A stretch of DNA of 32,000 nucleotides from Dubosiella newyorkensis (GCF_001945605.1 NZ_MPKA01000057.1:1-32000), one strand, 5' to 3'. Numbered from the stretch's first letter, positions 19,100 through 27,823 are shown. The notes: generated by a model from the letters alone, not told the origin. Numbers and translations: made by a program.

Positions 19100-19312
19100 A
19101 AAAAAAAATTCGCCCTTCTATAAAGGACGAATGGATCGCGGTACCACCTTACTTCCCTGCATAGGGCACTTACCGATAACGCTGGCTGCGGAATATATTC
19201 ATTGCTTCATATATTCACTCCAAGACACGTTCTGCAAGAAGTATCTTACCGTCTTTCACCAATCACGGCTCGCTGTCAGACCTTTTCAAGCATACTACTT
19301 CTCTTCAATGCT
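19100..19312 (-). promoter_or_regulatory. T-box riboswitch leader with a CGU (Arg) specifier and terminator/antiterminator, controlling argGHCJBDF
   Basis: Read on the minus strand. The stem I base is CATTG...CAATG with a GA/K-turn-like TGAAGAG and an AGTA S-turn element. There is an AG bulge (AGCGAG) and a distal loop (GGTGAAAG). The specifier loop reads GAA-CGT-G, with CGT at plus 19227-19229. An F-box-like CGTTA is present. The T-box core is GGTGGTACCGCG (19137-19148). The terminator is TTCGTCCTT-tatag-AAGGGCGAA plus T9 (19100-19131). Confidence 0.9.
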
Positions 19313-19329
19313 TTCGTTTATAGTTCGTA

Positions 19330-19358
19330 ATTATACACGCCACTAAAATGGGTTTCAA
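19330..19358 (-). promoter_or_regulatory. sigma-A promoter of the arg operon
   Basis: The minus strand reads TTGAAA (19353-19358), a 17-nt spacer, then TATAAT (19330-19335). Confidence 0.7.
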
Positions 19359-19385
19359 CACTTTTCTGAAAATTTTTCAGAATTA

Positions 19386-19420
19386 TGTAAAAAAAAGACG
19401 CTTCGATCGAAACGTCTTTA
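19386..19420 (-). terminator. intrinsic terminator after tsf
   Basis: The minus strand reads AAAGACGTTTCG-at-CGAAGCGTCTTT followed by a T-run. It starts 7 nt past the tsf stop codon. Confidence 0.85.
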
Positions 19421-19426
19421 AATGGA

Positions 19427-20314
19427 TTACCCTTTGATTTGAGCCATTACTTCTTCAGCGAAGTTTTCTTCTCGCTTCTCGATTCCTTCTCCGGCTTGGA
19501 AGCGAACGAAAGTAACAACTTCCGCTTTATTGGCTTTTAAGAAGTTTGCCACTTTTTCCTTAGGATCCTTGAAGTATTCTTGATCCATCAAGCATTGGTC
19601 TTTGAAATGCTTAGATACTTTACCATTCAAGATTCCTGCAAGAACTTTTTCTGGTTTTGAAGCCATCGCTGGGTCAGCAGCCATGATCTGTTGTTGAAGT
19701 GCACGTTCGTGTTCAACGACTTCGGCTGGGACATCTTTTTGAGAGATATACGTTGGATTCATACTAGCAACTTGCATCGCCATTTCTTTGGCTACTTCGT
19801 CGTTGCCGCCTTTCATCACAACAAGAGCCGAGATCGTTCCTCCCATGTGCATATACGAACCGAAAATTTCTTCGTCTGTTTTTTCAACAACCACGAAACG
19901 ACGAAGTGTGATCTTTTCACCGATCGTTGCCGTCGCGTTCGTGATCAATTCTTCGATCGTACCATTTGGTGTGCTGATCGCGAGAACTTCTTCATTGTTA
20001 GCTGGCTTGTTGTTCAAGACCGCATTCGTGATCGTATCAAGCAGCGTCAAGAATTGATCGTTTTTCGATACGAAATCCGTTTCGGAGTTTACTTCGACAA
20101 CGACACCGATGTTGCCATCGACCGCAACGCGAGTAAGTCCTTCTGCCGCAATGCGTCCTTCTTTTTTTGCCGCTTTGCTGATTCCTTTTTCACGGAGCCA
20201 GTCAACTGCTTTGTCAAGATCTCCATCACACTCAGTAAGTGCTTTTTTGCAGTCCATCATTCCTGCACCAGTTTTTTCACGTAGTTCTTTGACTTGTTTT
20301 GCGCTAATAGCCAT
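19427..20314 (-). CDS. tsf: translation elongation factor Ts
   Basis: 295 aa. The N-terminal UBA-like VKELREKTGAGMMDCKKAL matches EF-Ts. AGGAGG Shine-Dalgarno. Confidence 0.95.
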   Translation of the reverse strand: MAISAKQVKELREKTGAGMMDCKKALTECDGDLDKAVDWLREKGISKAAKKEGRIAAEGLTRVAVDGNIGVVVEVNSETDFVSKNDQFLTLLDTITNAVLNNKPANNEEVLAISTPNGTIEELITNATATIGEKITLRRFVVVEKTDEEIFGSYMHMGGTISALVVMKGGNDEVAKEMAMQVASMNPTYISQKDVPAEVVEHERALQQQIMAADPAMASKPEKVLAGILNGKVSKHFKDQCLMDQEYFKDPKEKVANFLKANKAEVVTFVRFQAGEGIEKREENFAEEVMAQIKG

Positions 20315-20345
20315 AATTTCCTCCTATGTTCAATACTTGTTTAAA

Positions 20346-21281
20346 TTAAGCTTCTGTTTTCTTAGGAGCTGGTTTTGATTCTTGTCCAGCAGCTTGGTTG
20401 TTATTCGCTCTTGGAGCGCCTTGACGATTGTTGTTGTATGGACGACGGTTCTTACGATCGAAGTTCCGTTTTCTGCGTTCTTCGTTTCTTTGACGACGAC
20501 GGCGTTCGTTTTCAGCGATCTGTGCTTCAACATTGCGAACGACATCATCCATCGTTACATCATCAGCCGTATCATCCAAGTAAGCGATCTCTAAAAGTCC
20601 GCCTTTTGCGTCTACGATCGCATCTGCCAAGATCGTAGTCACCAATTTGACCGAACGGTTCGCATCATCGTTTGAAGCGATCGGATAATCTGCGTCTTCT
20701 GGATCACAGTTCGTATCCAACATTGCGAATACAGGGATATTCAATTTTTTCGCTTCCGCAACCGCGTTGTGTTCTTCTTTCGGATCGATGATCACGATCG
20801 CGTCTGGAAGTTTTTTCATTTCCTTGATTCCGCCTAACGACGATTCAAGTTTCGCTTTTTCTTTCAAGATCTTCGCTTGTTCTTTTTTCGTATACACTTC
20901 AAGCTTTCCGCTCGCTTCCATTTCTTCGATCTCGACAAGACGTTTTACACGTTTTTGGATCGTGCGGAAGTTCGTTAAAAGTCCACCTAACCAACGCTTG
21001 TTAACATAGAAAGAACCAGAACGGATCGCTTGTTCTTCAATCGTTTCAGCGACTTGCTTTTTCGTTCCGACGAACAAAACTTTACCACCGTTTTCGCTGA
21101 TTTGTTTAAGCGCTTGGTAAGCGGCTTCGATTTGTTTTTGAGTTTGGTTGAGATCCACGATATACACACCGTTACGGCTTGTGTAGATATATGGTTTCAT
21201 CTTAGGATTCCAACGACGAGTCTGGTGTCCAAAATGCACACCGTTTTCAAGCATTTTTTTAATAGATACAATTTGTGACAT
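20346..21281 (-). CDS. rpsB: 30S ribosomal protein S2 with a long basic/Asn-Gln-rich C-terminal extension
   Basis: 311 aa. The conserved S2 core (GVHFGHQTRRWNPKM...) is followed by a tail of about 65 aa rich in R/K/N/Q. Confidence 0.93.
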   Translation of the reverse strand: MSQIVSIKKMLENGVHFGHQTRRWNPKMKPYIYTSRNGVYIVDLNQTQKQIEAAYQALKQISENGGKVLFVGTKKQVAETIEEQAIRSGSFYVNKRWLGGLLTNFRTIQKRVKRLVEIEEMEASGKLEVYTKKEQAKILKEKAKLESSLGGIKEMKKLPDAIVIIDPKEEHNAVAEAKKLNIPVFAMLDTNCDPEDADYPIASNDDANRSVKLVTTILADAIVDAKGGLLEIAYLDDTADDVTMDDVVRNVEAQIAENERRRRQRNEERRKRNFDRKNRRPYNNNRQGAPRANNNQAAGQESKPAPKKTEA

Positions 21282-21394
21282 GATTTAGTCCTACCTTTCC
21301 GTTATTCCTCCACCACTTCCAACGTAAGCAACACATCGCTGTGCACGGGCAAACGAATTCATGGTGTGCGAATTTTGCGCACTCGCGCTTCACC

Positions 21395-21422
21395 ATTATA
21401 ACATTTCAATTTTTACTTTCAA
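21395..21422 (-). promoter_or_regulatory. rpsB-tsf promoter with an extended -10
   Basis: The minus strand reads TTGAAA (21417-21422), a 16-nt spacer ending in TGt, then TATAAT (21395-21400). The -35 abuts the xerC stop codon. The promoter yields a 5' UTR of about 110 nt. Confidence 0.65.
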
Positions 21423-21424
21423 CC

Positions 21425-22333
21425 TTAAATTCCTTTGCCTGCCATTGGATGTGCGTTTTCATACACTTCGCTCAAATGATTCATCGATACATGGGTATAG
21501 ATCTGTGTAGTCGAAAGAGAAGAATGGCCAAGCAGTTCTTGCACGATCCGAATATCCGCTCCATTATCTAAAAGATGCGTCGCAAAAGAATGCCGAAACA
21601 TATGGGGATGCACCTTCATCCGAAAATCGATCGCATCCGCGTGCTTCTGCATCAAATACTGAACGCCTCGAGCGCTCATCTTTGTCCCTCGGTTCGACAA
21701 GAACACAAATTCTTCGCCATCCTTGGCATAGTGCATCCAATATCTAAGCTTATACTCCTTCAGAAGAGGGACTAACCCTTTATAAAAAGGCACGATTCTC
21801 TCCTTGTTTCCTTTTCCTAAGACATGAACGATCCTTGCATCCAGGTCGATATCCACCCATTTCAAATCGATGAGTTCGCTCAAACGAAGACCTGACGCAT
21901 ACAATAAAGTGAACATCGTTTTATCTCTAAGCTCATTGAGCTTCGAAGTATCGTACGTATCTAAAAAAGTTTGGATCTCGTGCAGAAACAAAAAAGAAGG
22001 GATCTTACGAGATCGTTTCGGGGATTGGATCGTTTCTAACGGATTGGCTTGGATACCGATATATTCATTGAGATATTGATAAAATGAGCGATAAGCCGAG
22101 AGTTTTCGGCAAATCGTAGCGTTTGAACTCGTCTTTCCGTTTGGCAAAACTCTAAGTTCCGCCAAAAAAGCCATGAATGTCTTGCGGTCGACATCTTCAA
22201 AGTTTTGGATCGAATGCGCTTCTAAATAATCTTTCAGCTGATTCAAGTCTCTAGAATACGCTTCGGCAGTATCTGCCGATTGAGAATGCGTTCGATAAAT
22301 GTAGGCTAAGAAGCGTTCGATCAAATCATTCAT
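21425..22333 (-). CDS. xerC: site-specific tyrosine recombinase XerC/CodV
   Basis: 302 aa with the catalytic motifs ...R..., [14 protein letters not shown] and [16 protein letters not shown]. It lies directly downstream of trmFO, as codV does in B. subtilis. Confidence 0.9.
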   Translation of the reverse strand: MNDLIERFLAYIYRTHSQSADTAEAYSRDLNQLKDYLEAHSIQNFEDVDRKTFMAFLAELRVLPNGKTSSNATICRKLSAYRSFYQYLNEYIGIQANPLETIQSPKRSRKIPSFLFLHEIQTFLDTYDTSKLNELRDKTMFTLLYASGLRLSELIDLKWVDIDLDARIVHVLGKGNKERIVPFYKGLVPLLKEYKLRYWMHYAKDGEEFVFLSNRGTKMSARGVQYLMQKHADAIDFRMKVHPHMFRHSFATHLLDNGADIRIVQELLGHSSLSTTQIYTHVSMNHLSEVYENAHPMAGKGI

Positions 22334-23627
22334 CCAATCGCTCCTTGATGGATTGGATCGTATCGAGCGCTTGCTTGGCTAAACGTTCTTTCTTTTCTTT
22401 CTTACGATACTTTTCTTTTGCCCGAAGGATCCCGAAGTTCGCGTTCATCGGCTGAAAATTTTTCGAATCACAGTGTGTAATATAATACGCTTGCGAGCCC
22501 ATTACACACGTATTCTCAAATTCGATGCACTCTTTTCCTTGGATATATCTTGCCATATTGATTCCAGCGATCAAACCGCTCGCCGCTGATTCCACATATC
22601 CCTCTACACCCGTCATTTGTCCGGCAAAGAATAGATCTTCACGTTTTTTAGTTTGATACGTTTCTTTCAAGATCTTTGGGGAATCTAAAAAAGAATTTCG
22701 ATGCATCACACCATACCGAGTGATCTTTGCGTTCTCTAGTCCAGGAATCATAGAAAAAACCCGTCTTTGTTCTGGCCAAGTCAAATGCGTTTGAAAGCCA
22801 ACGATATTGTAGAGAGATCCAGCAACATTATCTTGGCGAAGCTGTACGACCGCAACTGGATGTTCTCCTTCGCGTTCAAGACCGACTGGTTTAAGCGGAC
22901 CAAATAAAAGCGTCTTTTTTCCACGTCTTGCCATTTCTTCGATCGGCATGCAGCCCTCAAAATAAACTTCTTGTTCGAATTCATGGAGATGGGCGCATTC
23001 AGCGGCTATGAGCGCTTCATAAAATGTATCAAATTGTTGTTGATCCATTGGACAATTGATATAACTTGCTTCCCCCTTATCATAACGGGATTTGAAATAC
23101 GCCTTTGAAAAATCGATCGAATCCTTTTCAAGGATCGGGGCGGCCGCGTCAAAAAAGTGGAATGGATGTTCGTCTGTGAACGCTTGGATCGCTTTAGCTA
23201 ACGGTTCGCTCGTCAAAGGTCCGCTGGCGATGATCACAGGTCCTTCTGGAATCTCACGAACTTCTTCATGCACAATTGTGATATTGGGATGATTGGATAA
23301 GGTTTGCGTGATCATTTCTGAAAATTTATGGCGATCCACCGCAAGAGCAGACCCGGCCGGGACTTGATTCAGATCAGCGCTTTTCATGATCAAAGAATCA
23401 AGCTGACGCATTTCTTCTTTTAAGATCCCGACCGCATTGTTCAGTGAATTCGAGCGGAGCGAGTTCGAACAAACAAGTTCAGCAAACTGACCTGTAGAAA
23501 AAGCGGGTGGAGACGAGTGAGGCCGCATTTCGATCAGGCGGACTTGAATGCCTCGTTTTGCGAGCTGCCAAGCGGCTTCACTTCCTGCTAGACCAGCTCC
23601 GATCACTGTAACTTCTTTATCTTTCAT
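22326..23627 (-). CDS. trmFO: methylenetetrahydrofolate--tRNA-(uracil-5-)-methyltransferase TrmFO (Gid)
   Basis: 433 aa. The FAD-binding motif [16 protein letters not shown] and full-length collinearity fit TrmFO. Confidence 0.93.
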   Translation of the reverse strand: MKDKEVTVIGAGLAGSEAAWQLAKRGIQVRLIEMRPHSSPPAFSTGQFAELVCSNSLRSNSLNNAVGILKEEMRQLDSLIMKSADLNQVPAGSALAVDRHKFSEMITQTLSNHPNITIVHEEVREIPEGPVIIASGPLTSEPLAKAIQAFTDEHPFHFFDAAAPILEKDSIDFSKAYFKSRYDKGEASYINCPMDQQQFDTFYEALIAAECAHLHEFEQEVYFEGCMPIEEMARRGKKTLLFGPLKPVGLEREGEHPVAVVQLRQDNVAGSLYNIVGFQTHLTWPEQRRVFSMIPGLENAKITRYGVMHRNSFLDSPKILKETYQTKKREDLFFAGQMTGVEGYVESAASGLIAGINMARYIQGKECIEFENTCVMGSQAYYITHCDSKNFQPMNANFGILRAKEKYRKKEKKERLAKQALDTIQSIKERLDE

Positions 23628-23648
23628 TGTTTTAATACCTTTCTAGAT

Positions 23649-24392
23649 TTAGATTTCTTTCACATCTTCCAAAGTCAAGATCATTTTTGCACCATTATCG
23701 ATCAGCTCATTGCAGCCGGCGTATTCTTCTTCACCAAAGGCGCCCGCTAGACTATAGACTTGTTTTGATAGGTTCAGCATTTCGTTGACTGTGATCATCG
23801 TTCCACTTTTATGCCTGGCCTCAATGACGATCAATGAATCTGCCGCAGCCGCGATCAATCGATTTCGCCATGGAAAATGATGAGCGAGAGGTGGCGTATT
23901 CAACGGATATTCACTCAGTAATAAGTGGTTTTTTCGAATGGCATCATATAATCTTGCGCTGGAGCGCGGATAAATTTGATTCAGTCCACAGCCAATGATC
24001 CCGATCGTTCCTGTTTTTAATGAACATCGATGGGCTTCTTGATCGATCCCTCTAGCAAGTCCAGAGACGATGACATATTTTTCTTTTAAGACAGAAATGA
24101 CTTTTTGAGTATTGGAAATACCTCTTGGTGAGCATTTTCTTGATCCGATCACAGCGATGCACTTTCTATCAAGTAAACCTAGATCTCCTTGATAAAACAA
24201 GATCCATGGTGGAAAGCGCAGCGTTTTAAAACAAGATGGATAATCATCATCGACGATCGTTACAAAATCAACAGGATATTCTAAAGATGCGTAAGGATGC
24301 TTTTCATGCAAAGCATGGGCGATCGAATTCCAATTCCCAGAAAACTGTACGGAAAAGTATAAGATCGCTTCTCTATAATTATATGTATTCAT
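23649..24392 (-). CDS. dprA: DNA processing/protecting protein DprA (Smf), short form
   Basis: 247 aa. The Rossmann-like core carries GSRKCSPRG, SGLARGIDQEAH and FPWRNRLIA. No Shine-Dalgarno is visible upstream of the ATG. Confidence 0.85.
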   Translation of the reverse strand: MNTYNYREAILYFSVQFSGNWNSIAHALHEKHPYASLEYPVDFVTIVDDDYPSCFKTLRFPPWILFYQGDLGLLDRKCIAVIGSRKCSPRGISNTQKVISVLKEKYVIVSGLARGIDQEAHRCSLKTGTIGIIGCGLNQIYPRSSARLYDAIRKNHLLLSEYPLNTPPLAHHFPWRNRLIAAAADSLIVIEARHKSGTMITVNEMLNLSKQVYSLAGAFGEEEYAGCNELIDNGAKMILTLEDVKEI

Positions 24393-24435
24393 ACAATTAT
24401 ATACGACAAATCTAGCATAAATGCGCCCAATTTCT

Positions 24436-24465
24436 AAAAAAAATAAAAAGCACCTTTTGGGTGCT
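24436..24465 (-). terminator. intrinsic terminator after rnhB
   Basis: The minus strand reads AGCACC-caaaa-GGTGCT followed by TTTTTATTTTTTTT. It begins 2 nt past the rnhB stop codon. Confidence 0.85.
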
Positions 24466-24467
24466 AA

Positions 24468-25076
24468 TCAAAATAAACGGATCGTTTCCATTTCTTTGAC
24501 AGGACGATAGCTTTTGCGAAAGCAAGGAAGAAGGCCATAAGTATGCAAGGCTTCAATATGTTTTTTGGTAGGATAGCCTTTGTGCTTTGAAAAACCATAT
24601 TGAGGATAGAGATGATCGAGATGATTCATCCAATGGTCTCGGATCACTTTCGCTAAAATACTCGCTGCCGCGATCGAGAGCGATTTTTGATCTCCCTTAA
24701 TGATCGATTCATTTGAAATCGTACAATGGGGCAAAGGCATCGCATCGCTCAAAACGAAATCAGCTTTTGAATGATTGGCGATCTTCTCCATTGCTTCCTG
24801 GGTCGCTCGATAAATATTTTTTTGATCGATCTCTCTTTCAGAAACGATCAGCACTTGATAATACTTGGCATCATTCAAGATTTGTTTAAAGAGAATTTCG
24901 CGTTTTTTTTCGCTCAGTTTCTTAGAATCATCGATCAGGTCATTAGAATAGCCTTTTGGAAAAATAACGCCTGCCACCACAAGTGGCCCGGCGATCGGGC
25001 CTCTTCCTGCTTCATCCATTCCTAAGACATTGGAATACATTTTCCAAGCATCAATCTCGAGTGGTTCTTTGATCAT
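24468..25076 (-). CDS. rnhB: ribonuclease HII
   Basis: Motifs GMDEAGRGPIAGPLV and DSKKLS. I prefer the ATG at 25076, with GGGAGAGAG upstream, over the GTG at 25115. That start overlaps the rbgA 3' end by 26 nt. Confidence 0.9.
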   Translation of the reverse strand: MIKEPLEIDAWKMYSNVLGMDEAGRGPIAGPLVVAGVIFPKGYSNDLIDDSKKLSEKKREILFKQILNDAKYYQVLIVSEREIDQKNIYRATQEAMEKIANHSKADFVLSDAMPLPHCTISNESIIKGDQKSLSIAAASILAKVIRDHWMNHLDHLYPQYGFSKHKGYPTKKHIEALHTYGLLPCFRKSYRPVKEMETIRLF

Positions 25077-25962
25077 CCGCTCTCTCCCATGTGATCGCGC
25101 CAAGTTTGTTTTCACGAATATCTTTGATAAAGGATCGCATCAATCGATTTTCATCAATTTCTCCTCGAAGCAAATACCCTCTTTTTTTCCCAATTTCTAA
25201 TAAAGTTTGGTATGGAGTTTCCTGAATCTCGATTTGATATGTATTTTTTAAAGCGTCCGGATGATGTTCCATGAGCCAAGAACACGCAAATAGGGCGATG
25301 TCATCTTGACTAACGACTTCGTCTTTGATCGAACCAAGCAATGCCAGCTTTTCTCCGACTAATGGTTCTTCGAATTTCGGCCATAATACCCCTGGAGTAT
25401 CTAACAGTTCTAATGAGTCAGCGAGTTTGATCCATTGGAGAGCTTTGGTCACACCTGGCCGATCTCCTGTTTGAGCGGCTTTCCTTCGTGCCAATGTATT
25501 AATAAAGGTGCTTTTTCCTACATTTGGGATTCCGCAAACCATAGCTCTGAGAGCACGAGGATTGATCCCTCTTCTCTTCTGTTTTTCGATGAGAGCTTTG
25601 CACAACTCTTGACTCGCATCAATAAGTTTATTCTTATAATTGTCTTGGATCAGATCTAAAGAGATCGCCATTTCATTCTCGTTTTTGAAATAGGCAGTCC
25701 ATTCTTTTGTCGCTTCTGGATCGGCTTTATCTCTTTTAGAGAGTATGATCAAGCGTGGCTTATTGCCGATGATTTCTTCAAGCATTGGATTTTTGCTGGA
25801 AGCTGGGATGCGAGCGTCTCGGATCTCAATGATGAAATCGACTTTTTTCAAATTTTCTTCCATTTGTCGTCGGGCTTTGGTCATATGGCCAGGGAACCAG
25901 TTGATATTTGTTGTAAATGTCTTTTCTTCTTTTTGTTTTTGGTTTTTACCTTTTTTTGCCAT
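25051..25962 (-). CDS. rbgA: ribosome biogenesis GTPase A (YlqF/RbgA), circularly permuted GTPase
   Basis: 303 aa. The motif order is G4-like SKRD, then G1 GIPNVGKST, then G3 DTPG. The N-terminal WFPGHM is also present. Confidence 0.92.
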   Translation of the reverse strand: MAKKGKNQKQKEEKTFTTNINWFPGHMTKARRQMEENLKKVDFIIEIRDARIPASSKNPMLEEIIGNKPRLIILSKRDKADPEATKEWTAYFKNENEMAISLDLIQDNYKNKLIDASQELCKALIEKQKRRGINPRALRAMVCGIPNVGKSTFINTLARRKAAQTGDRPGVTKALQWIKLADSLELLDTPGVLWPKFEEPLVGEKLALLGSIKDEVVSQDDIALFACSWLMEHHPDALKNTYQIEIQETPYQTLLEIGKKRGYLLRGEIDENRLMRSFIKDIRENKLGAITWERADDQRTTRD

Positions 25963-25982
25963 TGTGTGCTTCTTTCTAGAGA

Positions 25983-26606
25983 TTACTTCAGTCCGAACTT
26001 GGAAAAGGGATACAATACGAAAACACCATTTCCATAGATTTGCGAGCGTTTGACGGGTCCAACCTCAGGGTCTCGTGAATCTTTCGAGAACGTGCGATTA
26101 TCTCCCATCACAAAATATTCATCTTCGCCCAATGTGATCGGTCCCCAATCTCGTACAACACTCATACCATTGAGTTCGTCGCTTTTTTGAACGGTTTTAT
26201 TGAAATAACCATATTGATCAATGATCGACTGTTTATAATCTTGATCAATGTAACTTGTCTCATCGATTGGCTCTCCATTGATTAGGATCGTGTCGTTTAC
26301 ACATTCGATCGTTTCGCCAGGCATCCCGATAATGCGCTTGACCCACTCGCTCTTTTCATTCGTGTTTGGATCGTTCATCGTTACAACTACGATCTGATTC
26401 CGCTTTGGATCGGATAATTTTGTAGATATGATACTTGTAAAGCCGTATTCACCGTCTGCAAGCGTTGGATCCATGCTGTGTCCGACTACAGTGACTGGGT
26501 GGGCAATAAAGTTCGCAAAAAGCAATACGATCACCGCGCTTATCGCGAACACTTTCACAAAATCAAGGATTTCTTTTGAAAGACTCGTTTTATTCTCTTT
26601 CTCCAT
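25983..26606 (-). CDS. lepB: signal peptidase I
   Basis: 207 aa with an N-terminal TM segment, the catalytic-serine motif GHSMDPTL, the lysine-box motif VKRIIGMPGE, and GDNRTFSKDSR. Confidence 0.92.
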   Translation of the reverse strand: MEKENKTSLSKEILDFVKVFAISAVIVLLFANFIAHPVTVVGHSMDPTLADGEYGFTSIISTKLSDPKRNQIVVVTMNDPNTNEKSEWVKRIIGMPGETIECVNDTILINGEPIDETSYIDQDYKQSIIDQYGYFNKTVQKSDELNGMSVVRDWGPITLGEDEYFVMGDNRTFSKDSRDPEVGPVKRSQIYGNGVFVLYPFSKFGLK

Positions 26607-26632
26607 ATTTACTCCTTTTATTCTTATTATAC

Positions 26633-26654
26633 AAAAAAAAGCCAGAGACTGGCT
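26633..26654 (-). terminator. intrinsic terminator after rplS
   Basis: The minus strand reads AGCCAG-tct-CTGGCT followed by eight T residues. A TATAAT hexamer (26626-26631) follows immediately and may serve as the -10 for lepB. Confidence 0.8.
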
Positions 26655-26660
26655 TTAATT

Positions 26661-27011
26661 TTACTTACGTACTTCTTTGATACGAGCCGCTTTACCAGAA
26701 CGGTTACGGAGATAACGCAATTTATTACGACGTACTTTACCGTGACGAACGACTTCGATTTTATCTAAGATTGGTGAATGGATCGGGAATTTACGTTCTA
26801 CACCGATTCCACTTGACATTTTGCGGACAGTGATCGATTCGTTGATACCACTTCCGACTTTTTCAGTAATGATTCCTTCATAAACCTGGATACGGCTCTT
26901 GTCGCCTTCCTTGATCTTTACATACACTTTAACCGTGTCACCTGATCTAAGTTCAGGAAGATCTTTTCTTAATTGTGATCTTGTAACTTCATTGACTAAG
27001 TTTAAATTCAT
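26661..27011 (-). CDS. rplS: 50S ribosomal protein L19
   Basis: 116 aa, full-length L19-like. AAGGAGG Shine-Dalgarno. Confidence 0.95.
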   Translation of the reverse strand: MNLNLVNEVTRSQLRKDLPELRSGDTVKVYVKIKEGDKSRIQVYEGIITEKVGSGINESITVRKMSSGIGVERKFPIHSPILDKIEVVRHGKVRRNKLRYLRNRSGKAARIKEVRK

Positions 27012-27103
27012 GATTGCCTCCTTATATGATGCTTGTGTTCTTATGATTCATGACTCCTATGGTCAGCGGAACCGGCACAATGCTTAAATACGATATCATA
27101 TCG

Positions 27104-27823
27104 TTATTTGTTTTTCAAGATAGAATCCACGACTTTTTGGTCTTGCTCGCTTAAATCAAGGTCATTCAAAAGGTCGGGACGATTTTTGGCCGTCTTGATC
27201 AACGCTTGCTCATGGCGATACTTTGCGATATTGGCATGATGTCCGCTTAATAATACTTCTGGAACAGCTTTGCCCTCATAGACGGGTGGTTTCGTGTATT
27301 GAGGATATTCAAGGAGTCCGTTTGAAAACGAATCATCGTGGCTGCTTTCTTGTTTGATGACGCCAGGAATGAGCCTAAGGATTGCATCGCATATGACCAT
27401 GCAAGCGCCTTCTCCTCCCGTCAGTACAAAGTCGCCAATCGAAACTTGAAGATCGACATAGTCACGGATCCTTTCATCAAATCCTTCGTAATGTCCGCAC
27501 AAAAAGATCAAATGTTCTTCTTTAGATAGATCAAGAGCCATTTTTTGTTGGAACACATCCCCTTGAGGTGTTAAAAGAATAACTTTAGATCGAGGGGTAC
27601 GAACACTTTTCAAGGCATCTAGGATCGGTTGGCAAGAAAGGACCATGCCTGCCCCTCCACCATATGGGGTATCATCGACATGGCCATGTTTTTCTTTTGT
27701 GAATTCTCTAAAATTGACTGTTTCAAATTCAAAGAGATCTTTTTCTTTGGCTCGTTTGATGATCGATGTTCTTAGAAGCGGTTCAAAGTATTCAGGAAAA
27801 AGACTTAATACAGTGATCTTCAT
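27104..27823 (-). CDS. trmD: tRNA (guanine37-N1)-methyltransferase
   Basis: 239 aa, TrmD (SPOUT) family, with the motifs DDTPYGGGAGMV and LFLCGHYEGFDER. Confidence 0.95.
   Translation of the reverse strand: MKITVLSLFPEYFEPLLRTSIIKRAKEKDLFEFETVNFREFTKEKHGHVDDTPYGGGAGMVLSCQPILDALKSVRTPRSKVILLTPQGDVFQQKMALDLSKEEHLIFLCGHYEGFDERIRDYVDLQVSIGDFVLTGGEGACMVICDAILRLIPGVIKQESSHDDSFSNGLLEYPQYTKPPVYEGKAVPEVLLSGHHANIAKYRHEQALIKTAKNRPDLLNDLDLSEQDQKVVDSILKNK

Noticed and set aside
20330-20548. 72-aa alternative-frame ORF covering the rpsB tail region, raising the possibility that the S2 extension is a frameshift artefact
   Set aside because: The annotated frame runs continuously from the conserved S2 core into the tail. 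It ends 31 nt before the tsf start, leaving room for a proper AGGAGG site. The alternative-frame peptide is not S2-like. Only re-inspection of the reads could settle this fully.
21425-22333. Tyrosine recombinase as a possible phage or ICE integrase marking a mobile element
   Set aside because: It sits immediately downstream of trmFO, exactly where codV/xerC lies in B. subtilis. It is the size of XerC/XerD, and it is flanked by housekeeping genes with no att-like repeats or phage/ICE genes.
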